In this document: positions 24,886 to 24,897 of the stretch, piece after piece
Position numbering within the stretch: the stretch's first letter is position 1
How the letters are laid out: every line of letters begins with the position of its first letter
Source: a virus
Taxonomy: Duplodnaviria; Caudoviricetes
Direction: 5' to 3' (one strand)
Length of the DNA: 24,897 nt
IMG/VR virus record: IMGVR_UViG_3300025018_000511
Location: 1 to 24,897 of that record
Notes under the pieces: model-generated
Database searches by the model: none
Told to the model about the DNA's origin: nothing
The model's input: the letters and a program-made list of their open reading frames with translations, nothing else
Program-made: the position numbers and the translations under genes

Positions 24886-24897
24886 TTCGGGCGGCCC

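Larger units (their letters stand above)
1..24897 (-). mobile_element. Mu-like transposable prophage (or phage genome segment) with siphoviral tail; partial, ends outside window
   Basis: Mu-type gene order: Mor/C activator, lysis, gp25/26/27, gp28 terminase, gp29 portal, F, G, I/Z, T, gp35/36/37; tail tube without sheath or baseplate genes; tight TGATG/ATGA overlaps. Confidence 0.95.

Noticed and set aside
1-24897. CRISPR array, diversity-generating retroelement, invertible G segment, gene transfer agent
   Set aside because: No repeat-spacer array, reverse transcriptase or invertase seen in the window; head genes are Mu-type, not RcGTA-type

Overview
The whole window is the late, middle and structural region of a Mu-like (transposable) prophage with a non-contractile, siphovirus-type tail. 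It is GC-rich and its gene content suggests an alphaproteobacterial host (RcapMu-like organisation; inference). Nearly all genes are on the minus strand. In order from the right: hypothetical gene, a divergent plus-strand moron, a sigma70-type promoter, a C4/CI-like antisense RNA, an ORF6N gene, two small ORFs, a Mor/C-family activator, lysis cassette, terminases, portal, MuF, MuG, protease/scaffold, capsid, neck, tail tube, frameshifted chaperones, tape measure, tail tip, and a tail fibre cut off by the left edge. Repressor, transposase and prophage ends are outside the window. The main signals are regulatory. (1) A 16-bp dyad CCGCAA-N4-TTG(C/T)GG occurs in three intergenic gaps at identical spacing from a -10-like hexamer, defining a candidate late regulon, with a predicted leaderless protease mRNA. 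(2) An 83-nt C4-like RNA has a loop complementary to the ORF6N ribosome-binding site, in an operon that runs into the late activator. (3) Small genes inserted into the lysis and packaging operons resemble anti-defence proteins (Acb2/Tad1-like hairpin, DUF6527-like). All family assignments are by recognition of motifs and synteny; no searches were run.
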